Shown here piece after piece: positions 49,544 through 58,604 of a stretch of 64,000 nucleotides of DNA. Source of the DNA: Candidatus Latescibacterota bacterium. Its GTDB lineage: Bacteria; Latescibacterota; UBA2968. Every line of letters begins with the position of its first letter. Position 1 is the stretch's first letter. Location: the NCBI GenBank assembly GCA_965222605.1, contig OZ244960.1:1184001-1248000 (forward strand), in the 5' to 3' direction. Made by a program: the position numbers and the translations under genes. Below the pieces are notes generated by a model. The model saw only the letters and a list, made by a program, of their open reading frames with translations. It ran no database searches and had not been told where the DNA came from.

Positions 49544-50677
49544 TTACCCCGCAAATATCGAGCGATTCGATATGCCGCAGATATAATCTTCGCGCATGAA
49601 TCCAGGCACAAATTGGGCGGTTCGACCAGAAGGTGCCACGCCTGTATAGTAGCCCGAGAATTGTTCATTAAAAGTAGTCAAACGATCGCGCGAAGCCTCA
49701 CTACTTTCCGCAGCGACAATGTACGCATTATTAAAAACTCCATTTTCTTTTAGCCCTGTGCCGCCTGCTGCTTTGATATAACCATCAACCGTATTGAGAA
49801 TAGCGTCTGCATCATCGCCGCCAACGCCGCTTACGAGCACCTCGGATACCCCCTGTCGCCGAATGGCCGTCCATGTACTGAAACCATCGACTATATCTCC
49901 CGAGCGATCAAGGGCGACATCGCCAGTGACACAGCGCGGTTGGGGTTCAACAATGCCATCGAGATTGGGAATGCGCGAGACCGGATAAATTCTACCGGCG
50001 GGACGGTGGTCGCCAAAATAATCGGCAATTACTTCGCGCACGGTTTCAATGCGCGTCCAGGTTGCCGAAGGATTGTCATCAATCGCGACCAGAACCTCGA
50101 GATACGCGGTTTGCGTTTTGAAATCCACATTGTCAGCCGCGAGCTTTTTTTCGTACTGTTCTACGAGCACAAACTCCATCTCTTGTTTGAGATCGTCGCC
50201 GAGTGTCGTAACAGTATTGCCTCCGGCATCGGTGTGCATCACCGACGCGCCACTGGGTTGGTGATCGGTCCACGCACCGTATTCGATCTTCCCATCGCCA
50301 AAGGAAATATCCTCGCCTTTGACCGCTTTAATTTCCACCTCAAAAAGTGCCCTGGGATCTGGAAATCCTTCTCCATGGGTAAAACGCGCCATGCGATTGG
50401 ATTTGAGTTCGCACCCCGTCACAGCATCAATCATAGAGCCATATACGGCATTAAACGCATCTCGGTAAGCCTCGCAGTCGTCACGGCTATCGGATGGCGT
50501 CGTCCACAGGACATCGGTTTTGTACACATCACCCCAATTCGCGCCTCCGCGAGCAAGACCCAGACTCAGGTTTTCAATAGTGCCAAACCACTCTGATCCG
50601 AGTTCATTGGGATACTGCGTACCCACATTGCCGCTGGGTTCAACGAGACGCACGACCTGATCGTCGTCATAGGTCAT
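49544..50677 (-). CDS. hypothetical protein with three tandem Rid/YjgF-like repeats
   Basis: Three ~120-aa segments ending FPDPRALFEVEIKA, RPAGRIYPVSRIP..GIVE and APSGRTAQFVP; start could be 50743. Confidence 0.55.
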   Translation of the reverse strand: MTYDDDQVVRLVEPSGNVGTQYPNELGSEWFGTIENLSLGLARGGANWGDVYKTDVLWTTPSDSRDDCEAYRDAFNAVYGSMIDAVTGCELKSNRMARFTHGEGFPDPRALFEVEIKAVKGEDISFGDGKIEYGAWTDHQPSGASVMHTDAGGNTVTTLGDDLKQEMEFVLVEQYEKKLAADNVDFKTQTAYLEVLVAIDDNPSATWTRIETVREVIADYFGDHRPAGRIYPVSRIPNLDGIVEPQPRCVTGDVALDRSGDIVDGFSTWTAIRRQGVSEVLVSGVGGDDADAILNTVDGYIKAAGGTGLKENGVFNNAYIVAAESSEASRDRLTTFNEQFSGYYTGVAPSGRTAQFVPGFMREDYICGISNRSIFAG

Positions 50678-50767
50678 AACGACTTCGGCTGTGCTACAAA
50701 AAATGGGAATGGGCTTGTGACGGATGATATTGACGCTTGCCATAGTGAGAAATCCTTTGTGTTGGGG

Positions 50768-51475
50768 TTACCAGATATCGCTGAGATCCAATACAAATCC
50801 CGGTAAAATGGGATCGGCGGATAGAGAATTGGGATTTTCGAGGACTTCAACAGGTACCTGCGAGCGGTAAATATAGACGGTTTTTTGCGGTGGCACAATG
50901 AGCCAGCCGAGTTGCAGACCGTTTTCGATATACTCTTCCATTTTCTCTTTTAAGACGGGAATACGGTCAGAGGGCGATTTGAGTTCAATAATAAAATCTG
51001 GACAAAGGGGCAGAAAACGCTCTTGTTCCCTATCGGTCAATTCATCGTAACGCCACCGCAACACCCACGAGGCATCCGGTGATCGAGTGGCCGTATTGGG
51101 CAAATAAAATCCGGTCGAAGAATCAAATGCAATGCCCGTGCCATCTCGTTTTGCCCATAAATGCAACTGCGTTGTAAGCTCTGCATTTCGATTGCCCGTT
51201 GCTCCTCCGGCTGGTGGCATAATGAGTATTTCCCCTTCTGCATTGCGCTCAATACGCACATCGTGGGTGCGCTGGCAAAATACAAAGAATTGATCTTCTG
51301 TCATATCGATAAAAGGCGTTACATTGGTCTCCATTGTCGATGCCTCTGATGGTATAAGAACGATCTCGCTATCTGCATTGCACGCAATACGCATCTCGCC
51401 ATTGTGCTCCCAGATTTGAAAAAATTGATCTTCTGTGAGTTCCAGAACGGGCTTTGTGTCGAGTGTGGTTGCCAT
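50768..51475 (-). CDS. Uma2 (DUF820) family endonuclease
   Basis: FDSSTGF, RSPDASW, PLCPDFIIELKSPSD, LGWLI, LPGFVLDL. Confidence 0.9.
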   Translation of the reverse strand: MATTLDTKPVLELTEDQFFQIWEHNGEMRIACNADSEIVLIPSEASTMETNVTPFIDMTEDQFFVFCQRTHDVRIERNAEGEILIMPPAGGATGNRNAELTTQLHLWAKRDGTGIAFDSSTGFYLPNTATRSPDASWVLRWRYDELTDREQERFLPLCPDFIIELKSPSDRIPVLKEKMEEYIENGLQLGWLIVPPQKTVYIYRSQVPVEVLENPNSLSADPILPGFVLDLSDIW

Positions 51476-51549
51476 TGTAAATACCTCCAGTGTGCTCTCT
51501 TTTCCAAAAGATAGAGCCAAAAATACGCGATGTCAATGTACGCGGAAGA

Positions 51550-52302
51550 TCAGCCACCTTTAGATTGAAAAAACGCCCGCGCTTTGGCGAGAGATTCGCG
51601 ATTGCCAATATCGAGAACGCCGCCTTCAATATTGTACGCATAAACGGTTTCGCATGCGTGCAACCACTCCAAAAAATGCCCGGGCGCATCGGGATTGCCT
51701 CCGTTATCGACGTATTCTTTGAAACGGGGCAGTATCGAAGCAGGATAAATATAAACGGGCGATGCCGACCACTCGGATATGGGTCTATCGGGTTTTTCAA
51801 TAAATTGCAAAACGCGATTATCTTCGTCTAACTGGACATTGCCCCTGCGCTTGCGGTCATCGTAGTCGGGATTGTGGCGCACAGCAATATGAGATGCGGG
51901 ATTGGATTTGAATGTATTGACCAATTTTTGGAGAGAAAACAGCAGAATATTATCCGCAGCGAGAACGAGAACATCGTCGGCAATATCGCGCGCTTCAATC
52001 GCAAACTGGATATCGCCCACAGCACCCAAACGGTCGTCGTTGGACGTCGTACCATCGTCGAGTATCTCAGTCTCCAACCCTGTATGTATCGCTCTATTTG
52101 CACGCGCCCAATCGGCAAAGCGCCCGTAAAACCGGTGATTGGTCACCACATAAGCACCATCGATATCTGCAATAGTTTTAATCTGTTCAATCAGATGATC
52201 GAGAATCGTCTTGCCACCCACTTCGAGCAGAGGCTTGGGAAAGTTTTTGGTGAGAGGATACAGCCGCGTGGCGTATCCCGCCGCGAGAATAATAGCTTTC
52301 AC
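51550..52302 (-). CDS. sugar-1-phosphate nucleotidyltransferase
   Basis: IILAAGYATRLYPLT..PKPLL, FIEKP, DIGN; GTGA overlap with upstream kinase. Confidence 0.9.
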   Translation of the reverse strand: MKAIILAAGYATRLYPLTKNFPKPLLEVGGKTILDHLIEQIKTIADIDGAYVVTNHRFYGRFADWARANRAIHTGLETEILDDGTTSNDDRLGAVGDIQFAIEARDIADDVLVLAADNILLFSLQKLVNTFKSNPASHIAVRHNPDYDDRKRRGNVQLDEDNRVLQFIEKPDRPISEWSASPVYIYPASILPRFKEYVDNGGNPDAPGHFLEWLHACETVYAYNIEGGVLDIGNRESLAKARAFFQSKGG

Positions 52303-53480
52303 AGAATCCTAACTCCAGCGTCGGGTTGACAAATAAAGACCGGGGCATTTTTTGATAAATCGGGATGTTTGGCTCCATAAGCCGATTGAACCTGTTCAAT
52401 CGCTGCACTGGATTTTTTGGGATTGACCAGCGCAACACAACAGCCCCGGAACCCGGCGCCGCTAAACCTGGCACCGTAAATCCCATCGGTTTCAATGAGA
52501 ATACGATAGAGATCTATAAGGGGTTTGCTGCCGCATTCGTAATTCTCAATAGAACTGCGCCCCGACTCGGCGATCAGCCTGCCAAACGTCTTGAGATCGC
52601 CAGCACGCCAGGCATCAATACCCAGACGTACGCGCTCAGATTCCAAAAAAAAATGTCTGGCGCGTTTGGCAAGGGCGCCGCTCAACAGGTGTTTGTGCGT
52701 TTCGTATTCTTCAAAGGTAATATTGCCGAGCAGTGGTTCTCGATCAGAACGCCCCACGGCATTGAGCAATATTCGCGCTGCACGGGCGCATTCATCTACC
52801 CGCGTGTTATACCCCGTCGAAACCAGAGCCTCGCGCAAGCCCGATTGGGCAATCAGAATATCAAAGTCTGGCATAATATTGGACCGGGGGATCAATTCGT
52901 GCGTAGCCGAAGCGCAATCAATCACCGCGAGAAAGCCCTTTTGCGACAACAGAATCGCCGATTGATCCAGAATGCCATTTCTGAGACCGAGATAGCCATT
53001 TTCAATCGCCTGATCGAGCCGAATATTATCTGCGGGCGACAGGGACAAATCATTGGCATATTCATAAGCGAGCAAATACGCCACGCCAATAGCGGCCGAA
53101 GAACTCAAGCCCCCTTCGTTCATTCTGCCCGCCGTAAGCCCCGTAATTCCGCACGTGAGTTTATGGCCTTCTTGCTGCAATGCGCGCACTGCACCGCGCG
53201 GGAAATTGCCCCAATCCCCATCTATTTTGTCGGGTACATCGTCCAGTGCAAAAGAGACCTCACCCTCAAAAGTAAGACTCTGAAGATGCGTATTGGCATC
53301 GCCCGATGGCGCAAAAGCGAGGTACACAGCCTGATCAATAGCCATAGCCGTAACCTGCCCGAGTTGGTGATCAATATGCGCGCCAAGCGGACATATCCGA
53401 TAGGGCGATCGCACAACGCGCACATCGGTAGGCGCAATACCAAATCGGCGATACATCTCGGTTTTGAGCTGGTCTGTCAT
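52299..53480 (-). CDS. GHMP sugar kinase, galacturonokinase-like
   Basis: SPYRICPLGAHIDHQ, GLSSSAA, NGILDQ, GARFSGAGFRGCC. Confidence 0.8.
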   Translation of the reverse strand: MTDQLKTEMYRRFGIAPTDVRVVRSPYRICPLGAHIDHQLGQVTAMAIDQAVYLAFAPSGDANTHLQSLTFEGEVSFALDDVPDKIDGDWGNFPRGAVRALQQEGHKLTCGITGLTAGRMNEGGLSSSAAIGVAYLLAYEYANDLSLSPADNIRLDQAIENGYLGLRNGILDQSAILLSQKGFLAVIDCASATHELIPRSNIMPDFDILIAQSGLREALVSTGYNTRVDECARAARILLNAVGRSDREPLLGNITFEEYETHKHLLSGALAKRARHFFLESERVRLGIDAWRAGDLKTFGRLIAESGRSSIENYECGSKPLIDLYRILIETDGIYGARFSGAGFRGCCVALVNPKKSSAAIEQVQSAYGAKHPDLSKNAPVFICQPDAGVRIL

Positions 53481-53541
53481 AAGAAGTCAGTTGTCTGTTG
53501 TCAGCAATCAAATACATTACCAAAAAAGGAGAACAACCGCA

Positions 53542-54570
53542 ATGCCACAAATCAAAATAGGCAAGGGTATTGGCGATATCTCAGAACAGACATTGCGCTT
53601 TTATCGGCAAATTGGGGTCGATGCGGTATCGATACCAACGCGATGGCGCACAGAACCGGGAACTGGCGAACGCAAACTGGTACCGCCGACACAGACGGGA
53701 CCTAAAGGCGCGCAAGGAGGGATATGGGATGAGCGGGAATTGCAACGCATCAAAGCGAGAATCGAATCGTATGACCTGACGCCTCTCATCGCGGGATTGG
53801 GTATTTCAGGGCGCGTATTAATGGGACAACCGGGCAGGGAGGACGATTTAGAAATTATAAAAGCCAATATCGAAATCGCAGGGCGGCTGGGACTTCGGGC
53901 ATTGAATTACAGTTTCACAGCCCTCAGAGCATCAGAAGGATATGCGGCGCAGCGAGGTGCAGGACGCGGCGGTGCAGATTTGCGGGATTTTGACAACGAG
54001 CGGATAGCCAATCTACCACCTCTCAATTCAATCGGGCAAATTGGGATGGATGAAATGTGGGACAATCTGACCTATTTTTTGGAAAATGCGATTCCAACAG
54101 CAGAAAAAGCGGGTGTACAATTGGCCGCACATCCCAATGATCCACCAGTTCCAGAATATCGCGGCGTTGCCCAACCCCTGGGCGACATCGCGGGCATGCA
54201 ACGGTTGATCGAAGTGATAGATAGCCCATCAAATTGCATTTTTTACGACACGGGCGTAATGACGGAAAAAGGTGCAGATGCCGCCGAGATGATTCGCTAT
54301 TTTGGATCGCGGAATCGCATTGGAACCGTGCATTTCCGAAATGTGAAAGTGGAGATACCCCGATTTAAGTATATCGAGACCTTCCACGATGACGGCGAAT
54401 GCGATATGTTTGCCTGTGTTCAGGCATTTCAAGAGGTGGGTTATAACGGCATGATTGACCCCGACCACACGCCGGGCATCCTGGGCGATACACCAGATAC
54501 GCGCATTGGCTGGGCATATGCCATTGGTCAAATGGTGGCGATGCGAAATGCCGTAGAAAGAAACAGATAA
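53542..54570 (+). CDS. mannonate dehydratase (UxuA) family protein
   Basis: MWDNLTYFL, LAAHPNDPP, VHFRNV, ETFHDDG, IDPDHTP, AYAIG; AAGGAG RBS. Confidence 0.8.
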   Translation: MPQIKIGKGIGDISEQTLRFYRQIGVDAVSIPTRWRTEPGTGERKLVPPTQTGPKGAQGGIWDERELQRIKARIESYDLTPLIAGLGISGRVLMGQPGREDDLEIIKANIEIAGRLGLRALNYSFTALRASEGYAAQRGAGRGGADLRDFDNERIANLPPLNSIGQIGMDEMWDNLTYFLENAIPTAEKAGVQLAAHPNDPPVPEYRGVAQPLGDIAGMQRLIEVIDSPSNCIFYDTGVMTEKGADAAEMIRYFGSRNRIGTVHFRNVKVEIPRFKYIETFHDDGECDMFACVQAFQEVGYNGMIDPDHTPGILGDTPDTRIGWAYAIGQMVAMRNAVERNR

Positions 54571-54603
54571 AAAAAAGCCCCAACGCGGAAAAGCGTTGGG
54601 GCT
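54570..54603 (-). terminator. intrinsic terminator (T run on minus strand)
   Basis: aaaaaaa-gccccaacgc-loop-gcgttggggc. Confidence 0.8.
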
Positions 54604-54620
54604 ACGTGTGATATTGTGTG

Positions 54621-54746
54621 TCAGAAATTGAGAATGCCATAAACCAGAGTAACCACAAAAATTACGCCTATAATGCCCATGGCGACTTTGAATTGCAAGC
54701 TGATTCTATCTTCTTCCCGGTCGCGCAGTTCGTTGAAAGTCTGCAT
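54621..54746 (-). CDS. 41-aa single-pass membrane microprotein (absent from the ORF track)
   Basis: AAAGGGGGAG RBS; MQTFNELRDREEDRISLQFKVAMGIIGVIFVVTLVYGILNF; followed by its own terminator. Confidence 0.7.
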   Translation of the reverse strand: MQTFNELRDREEDRISLQFKVAMGIIGVIFVVTLVYGILNF

Positions 54747-54909
54747 GGCTCTCCCCCTTTGAGTAGTGCGAACGGATATGCTTTATATAAATAAAACTAA
54801 TTTTTTATATTAAGTCAATAGACAAAATACGACTCTTGACAATTTATACAGGTAAATCTATCGTTTGCGGTAGCTTTTGCATGAATGTCATACTCGGAGA
54901 AATATACCC

Positions 54910-55226
54910 ATGAAGCGCGCATATCGAAATCTGATGCCAGCTAATATTGAATCTATTGTCGCTTATGTGCGTACATTGGCACCCGTTGACCATATTCCAC
55001 CATAGAAACGGGAATTGGGCACTGGCAAAAGCAGTATTTCATCGGGCGTTTCAGGCAATTTGCCGGGGCAAAAGCAAAGCACATTCTATTGCAGGATGGC
55101 ATGAACAGCGTGATGCCCTGGACGATGTACGCGGGCATGACAGACGAAGACCTCAGCACCATCTACGACTATCTGAGCACTGTTGCGCCAATCCGAAATG
55201 CCGTTGAACGGTTTGCAGAACAGTAA
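54910..55226 (+). pseudogene. remnant of a c-type cytochrome gene
   Basis: Fragments IESIVAYVRTLAP and ETGIGHW...VMPWTMYAGMTDEDLSTIYDYL in different frames; no CxxCH left. Confidence 0.6.
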
Positions 55227-55280
55227 AGAGGAAAATGGGGCTGGGCGGTTGGACTGGCTGACCCCTGACTGCTGATCACT

Positions 55281-55320
55281 AAAAAAAAGAATGGCCGCGA
55301 TCCCTGTTATCGCGGCCATT
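55281..55320 (-). terminator. intrinsic terminator of the candidate ncRNA
   Basis: Perfect 12-bp stem aatggccgcgat/atcgcggccatt with U8 on the minus strand. Confidence 0.85.
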
Positions 55321-55628
55321 TATGTACTACAAGTCATAGAACCTCCTATGTCAGCCGATCGGGTGAGAGGTCCTAACACCCGACCGCTGGGTACAGATTG
55401 GTGGCATAGTAACCTCCTCTTGTGAGTATTGCGGCCCGTCACACCCACCCGCGGTTCGATGAACTTTCTATGCCCTATGTGTTTGTGCGGTGGCCTTTGC
55501 AGAAATTGCTTTCCAAGTCGGGTTACCGAATGGCGGTAACGAGTCCGACGCGCAAAAGAGACCAGATTAAAACACGCGGGCGAGAACCCTCTCGAGCGGA
55601 ATGCCGCCTGACGATTCATATCGCCTGT
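55281..55628 (-). ncRNA. candidate structured RNA of unknown class (~350 nt) containing two micro-ORFs
   Basis: Bounded by promoter and terminator; several nested stems found by eye; no convincing protein gene. Confidence 0.55.
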
Positions 55629-55634
55629 TATTGA

Positions 55635-55664
55635 AATATAACCCGATAAATTGTGGGATGTCAA
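55635..55664 (-). promoter_or_regulatory. sigma70-type promoter of the candidate ncRNA
   Basis: TTGACA-N18-TATATT on the minus strand. Confidence 0.65.
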
Positions 55665-55771
55665 GAGCCAATTTGAAACTTTTTTTTACTATTGTTAGGA
55701 ACAATTATGCACTATATATCAGTATCCAATCCGCGCTAATCATTTTAGCCATAAAATAGGAGAACGCAGAT

Positions 55772-57361
55772 ATGGGATATGGCAGACAAGAAGATCCGAA
55801 ATTATTTAACGACGAGCAAATGCGTCAATTTATCGCAGACGGGTACGTAATTTTTAAGCCAAATGTGCCCGATAACCTGCACGAGACCATCAGGCAAAAA
55901 CTGCAATTTATGGTAGATGAAGAGTTCAATTACGGTAACAATGTGCTGCCTCGCGTTCCCGAGATGGATCGCATCTTGAACAGCCCAGAAGTGCGGGGCG
56001 CGCTCATAAGCGTACTCGGCCCGGGATATATCGAACACCCACATCGGTTTTGTCACTACATCACATCCGACGCAACACAAAGAACACTCGCCCAAAATTG
56101 TCATCAAGATTCTTACACACCCCTGGGACGCCCGCGACAACACTACCCTCGCTTTGCGCGCATCATGTACTATCCGCAGGATTCACCCGTTGGAATCGGT
56201 CCCACGCACGCGATTCCCGGCACACATTATCACAAGCGATTAACCGATAAAGACCGCCAAAACGCCATTCCAATAGCCGGTAAAGCCGGCACAGTATCAA
56301 TCACGCATTTTGATATAGGACACGCCGCAGGCATCAACGCGCTTCGTCAACCCCGGCATATGATTAAATTCATTTACGTGCGCGCAGAAGAACCGACCGA
56401 ACCCTCGTGGGATTGTCAGGATCATATCTGGCAAAATCCCGAGACATACAAAGCACCACATGATCTGCACCTGATCTGGTCGCATATATGGGATTGGCTA
56501 TGTGGCAAAAAGGATCGATACGAAAGTTTTCGCGCATCAGACCCCGCAATTTGTGAATTAGAAGACTTGCATCACGACAACCTGGACAAACAACTCGCAG
56601 CTATGCATTCAATAGCTGCAACAAAAAATGCCGATGCAATTCCAGCACTGATTCACAAGCTCAATTCCGACGACCAGTGGACGCGCCTCGCGGCTGTATA
56701 TACCCTGGGCGCAATAGGTCAACCCAAACCCCTAATAGAGGCACTCTTGGATGCTGCCGCACACAAAGACGATGATCCCGTACCCCAATCATGGAATGAA
56801 GGCTCCATATCGATGGAAGATGCTGCCCATGCACTTGTTGCCATAGGCACACCTTCACTAAATGCGCTGATTGAATTGCTGGACAATCAAAGCGAATGGG
56901 CACGCATCAACGCGGCCTTCGCACTCGGTGAAATGGATTCTCTGGCGAAGCAAGCCCTGCCTGCACTCACGCGCTGTTTGGACGATGCGTCTCACTGCGT
57001 TGTGCGAACAGCCACAGATGCGCTGGGCAGTATTCGGCGCAACAGCGAAGAATATATACCCGTACTCGAGAGGCTACTCAAAGTCGGACGTCCCGAATGG
57101 CAAATGCCCGACCGACGCAACTGGACGCCCTATGATCAGGTCCGCATCAACGCCGCAATGGCATTTACGCGCCTGGGCAAAGATGCCGCATCTGCCGAAG
57201 CCCTCCTGCTCGACACATTATCCGACCCCAACGGTCACGTCGCTGCATTTGCCTTAGAAGCATTGCGGCGGATAGGCACGCCCTCGGCAATGGATGGCGT
57301 CCTGGAATATTTGATGACGCGGCGGTGGGATGAAAACATTGAGAAAGGAAGACTATTTTGA
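55772..57361 (+). CDS. PhyH-type dioxygenase fused to C-terminal HEAT repeats
   Basis: FIADGY, CHQD (HxD), GPTHAIPGTH, DIGH; repeats R.NAAFALG..G. Confidence 0.8.
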   Translation: MGYGRQEDPKLFNDEQMRQFIADGYVIFKPNVPDNLHETIRQKLQFMVDEEFNYGNNVLPRVPEMDRILNSPEVRGALISVLGPGYIEHPHRFCHYITSDATQRTLAQNCHQDSYTPLGRPRQHYPRFARIMYYPQDSPVGIGPTHAIPGTHYHKRLTDKDRQNAIPIAGKAGTVSITHFDIGHAAGINALRQPRHMIKFIYVRAEEPTEPSWDCQDHIWQNPETYKAPHDLHLIWSHIWDWLCGKKDRYESFRASDPAICELEDLHHDNLDKQLAAMHSIAATKNADAIPALIHKLNSDDQWTRLAAVYTLGAIGQPKPLIEALLDAAAHKDDDPVPQSWNEGSISMEDAAHALVAIGTPSLNALIELLDNQSEWARINAAFALGEMDSLAKQALPALTRCLDDASHCVVRTATDALGSIRRNSEEYIPVLERLLKVGRPEWQMPDRRNWTPYDQVRINAAMAFTRLGKDAASAEALLLDTLSDPNGHVAAFALEALRRIGTPSAMDGVLEYLMTRRWDENIEKGRLF

Positions 57362-58602
57362 ATGCACGACACTTGATTTCGGCGCAGGGATCGGACCGCG
57401 GCACGGGATATAACATGAGCGGGAAACTGATTCGGCGCGACGGCAAATTATTCATCGGATGGTTGGATGCCCCGCCAGCAAAGGGCACACAGGCGAGGAT
57501 CATGATAGGCGTTTGTGACGAAGTATCTGGCGAGATGCATCGGGCATTTCAAATTGGCGAAGGCATTGACAACCACTGTGGCCCCGCCCTGGTACTGGAC
57601 GGCAACGGGCGATTGCACGCCCTCGTCGGAGCGCATCACGGACCGTTTTTTTATCGGTGGTCAGACAACCCGGAGGACCCGAATACCTGGAGTGAAGCAG
57701 AGGCATTGGGCACATTGGGCACATATCCCAGTTTCGCAGTAGATCAGCAGGGAACACTTCACCTCGCACATCGCGAGCGCGGGGACAGATGGGCTATGTG
57801 GTACCGAAGAAAAAAATCAAAGTGGGAACCACCGCGTGCGATTGCCGTAAGTCCGGTCGCAGGATACAACCATTTCATGCAATCTCTGACAACAGGACCA
57901 GACGGAACCCTGCATCTGATATTTCAATTTCACTTTGCGGAATCTGGTAATGCAGCAGACTGCCGAGGACGCGCAGCAGTACATGCATATTCAGAAGACG
58001 GCGGCGACACATGGTTTAACGAAGGCACGCGCTTTGAAGACCCATTGACAATGGAAACAATGCGAGCCGTTTGTCACGACCCGCAGGGCGGAGATGGTCA
58101 GCACAGTGTGCGCGTGGGCAATCACGTAGTAGATGCAAACGATCAACCGTGGTTCTTCTGCTCATATCCCGGGTATCAAAGCGGCGTATTGTGGCATCGC
58201 AACGACGCGGGATGGGAGCCTGTGGATCTATCCCCAGTTCTCAATGGCTTGAACATGGAAGGGGGACGCGCGACATCGCTATCCCGAGATCACAAAGGCA
58301 GATTGCACTTTGCATTTGCAACACATCCGCGTAAAAAACGTTGTGAATGGTTCAGCCCCGAACTGGAATTATTTTATGCAATACTCGACGAAAAAGGCGC
58401 GTTGATTTCCTTAGACCAACTCACGGAAACCGACGGCGCGGCAGCAAACTGGTTACCCGCACTGGAGCAATGGGACTGGACGCGTTCCCATCAAAAGTTC
58501 GATAATGGTCACTGGACAATGTACACACGCGGCTTAAATGCCGGCGGCATTGGCGGCGACAATCAAAGTGCGTTGAAGACAGAAATTTATTTGACCCGAT
58601 GA
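57358..58602 (+). CDS. BNR-repeat beta-propeller protein (BNR_4-like)
   Basis: DNHCGPALVLD..GRLH..GAHHG, TYPS, SEDGGDTW Asp box. Confidence 0.7.
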   Translation: MNARHLISAQGSDRGTGYNMSGKLIRRDGKLFIGWLDAPPAKGTQARIMIGVCDEVSGEMHRAFQIGEGIDNHCGPALVLDGNGRLHALVGAHHGPFFYRWSDNPEDPNTWSEAEALGTLGTYPSFAVDQQGTLHLAHRERGDRWAMWYRRKKSKWEPPRAIAVSPVAGYNHFMQSLTTGPDGTLHLIFQFHFAESGNAADCRGRAAVHAYSEDGGDTWFNEGTRFEDPLTMETMRAVCHDPQGGDGQHSVRVGNHVVDANDQPWFFCSYPGYQSGVLWHRNDAGWEPVDLSPVLNGLNMEGGRATSLSRDHKGRLHFAFATHPRKKRCEWFSPELELFYAILDEKGALISLDQLTETDGAAANWLPALEQWDWTRSHQKFDNGHWTMYTRGLNAGGIGGDNQSALKTEIYLTR

Positions 58603-58604
58603 CC

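Noticed and set aside
52365-53705. 446-aa plus-strand ORF, and similar long antisense ORFs at 4715-5695, 21804-22667, 40672-41550 and 47888-48793
   Set aside because: Each shadows a well-supported gene on the opposite strand and has no motifs
55314-55495. 6S RNA (ends can pair into a ~180-nt rod; CACCCACC...GGTTCGA on the plus strand)
   Set aside because: Promoter and terminator point to a longer minus-strand transcript and the typical 3' CGGCA element is absent; not fully excluded without an Rfam search
55281-55628. tmRNA, RNase P RNA or SRP RNA, based on size
   Set aside because: No tRNA-like acceptor/T-arm ending in CCA, no GAGGAAAGUCC and no SRP domain IV motif
55320-55664. 114-aa minus-strand ORF in the track
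   Set aside because: Its start codon is the -35 hexamer, there is no RBS and no recognisable motif
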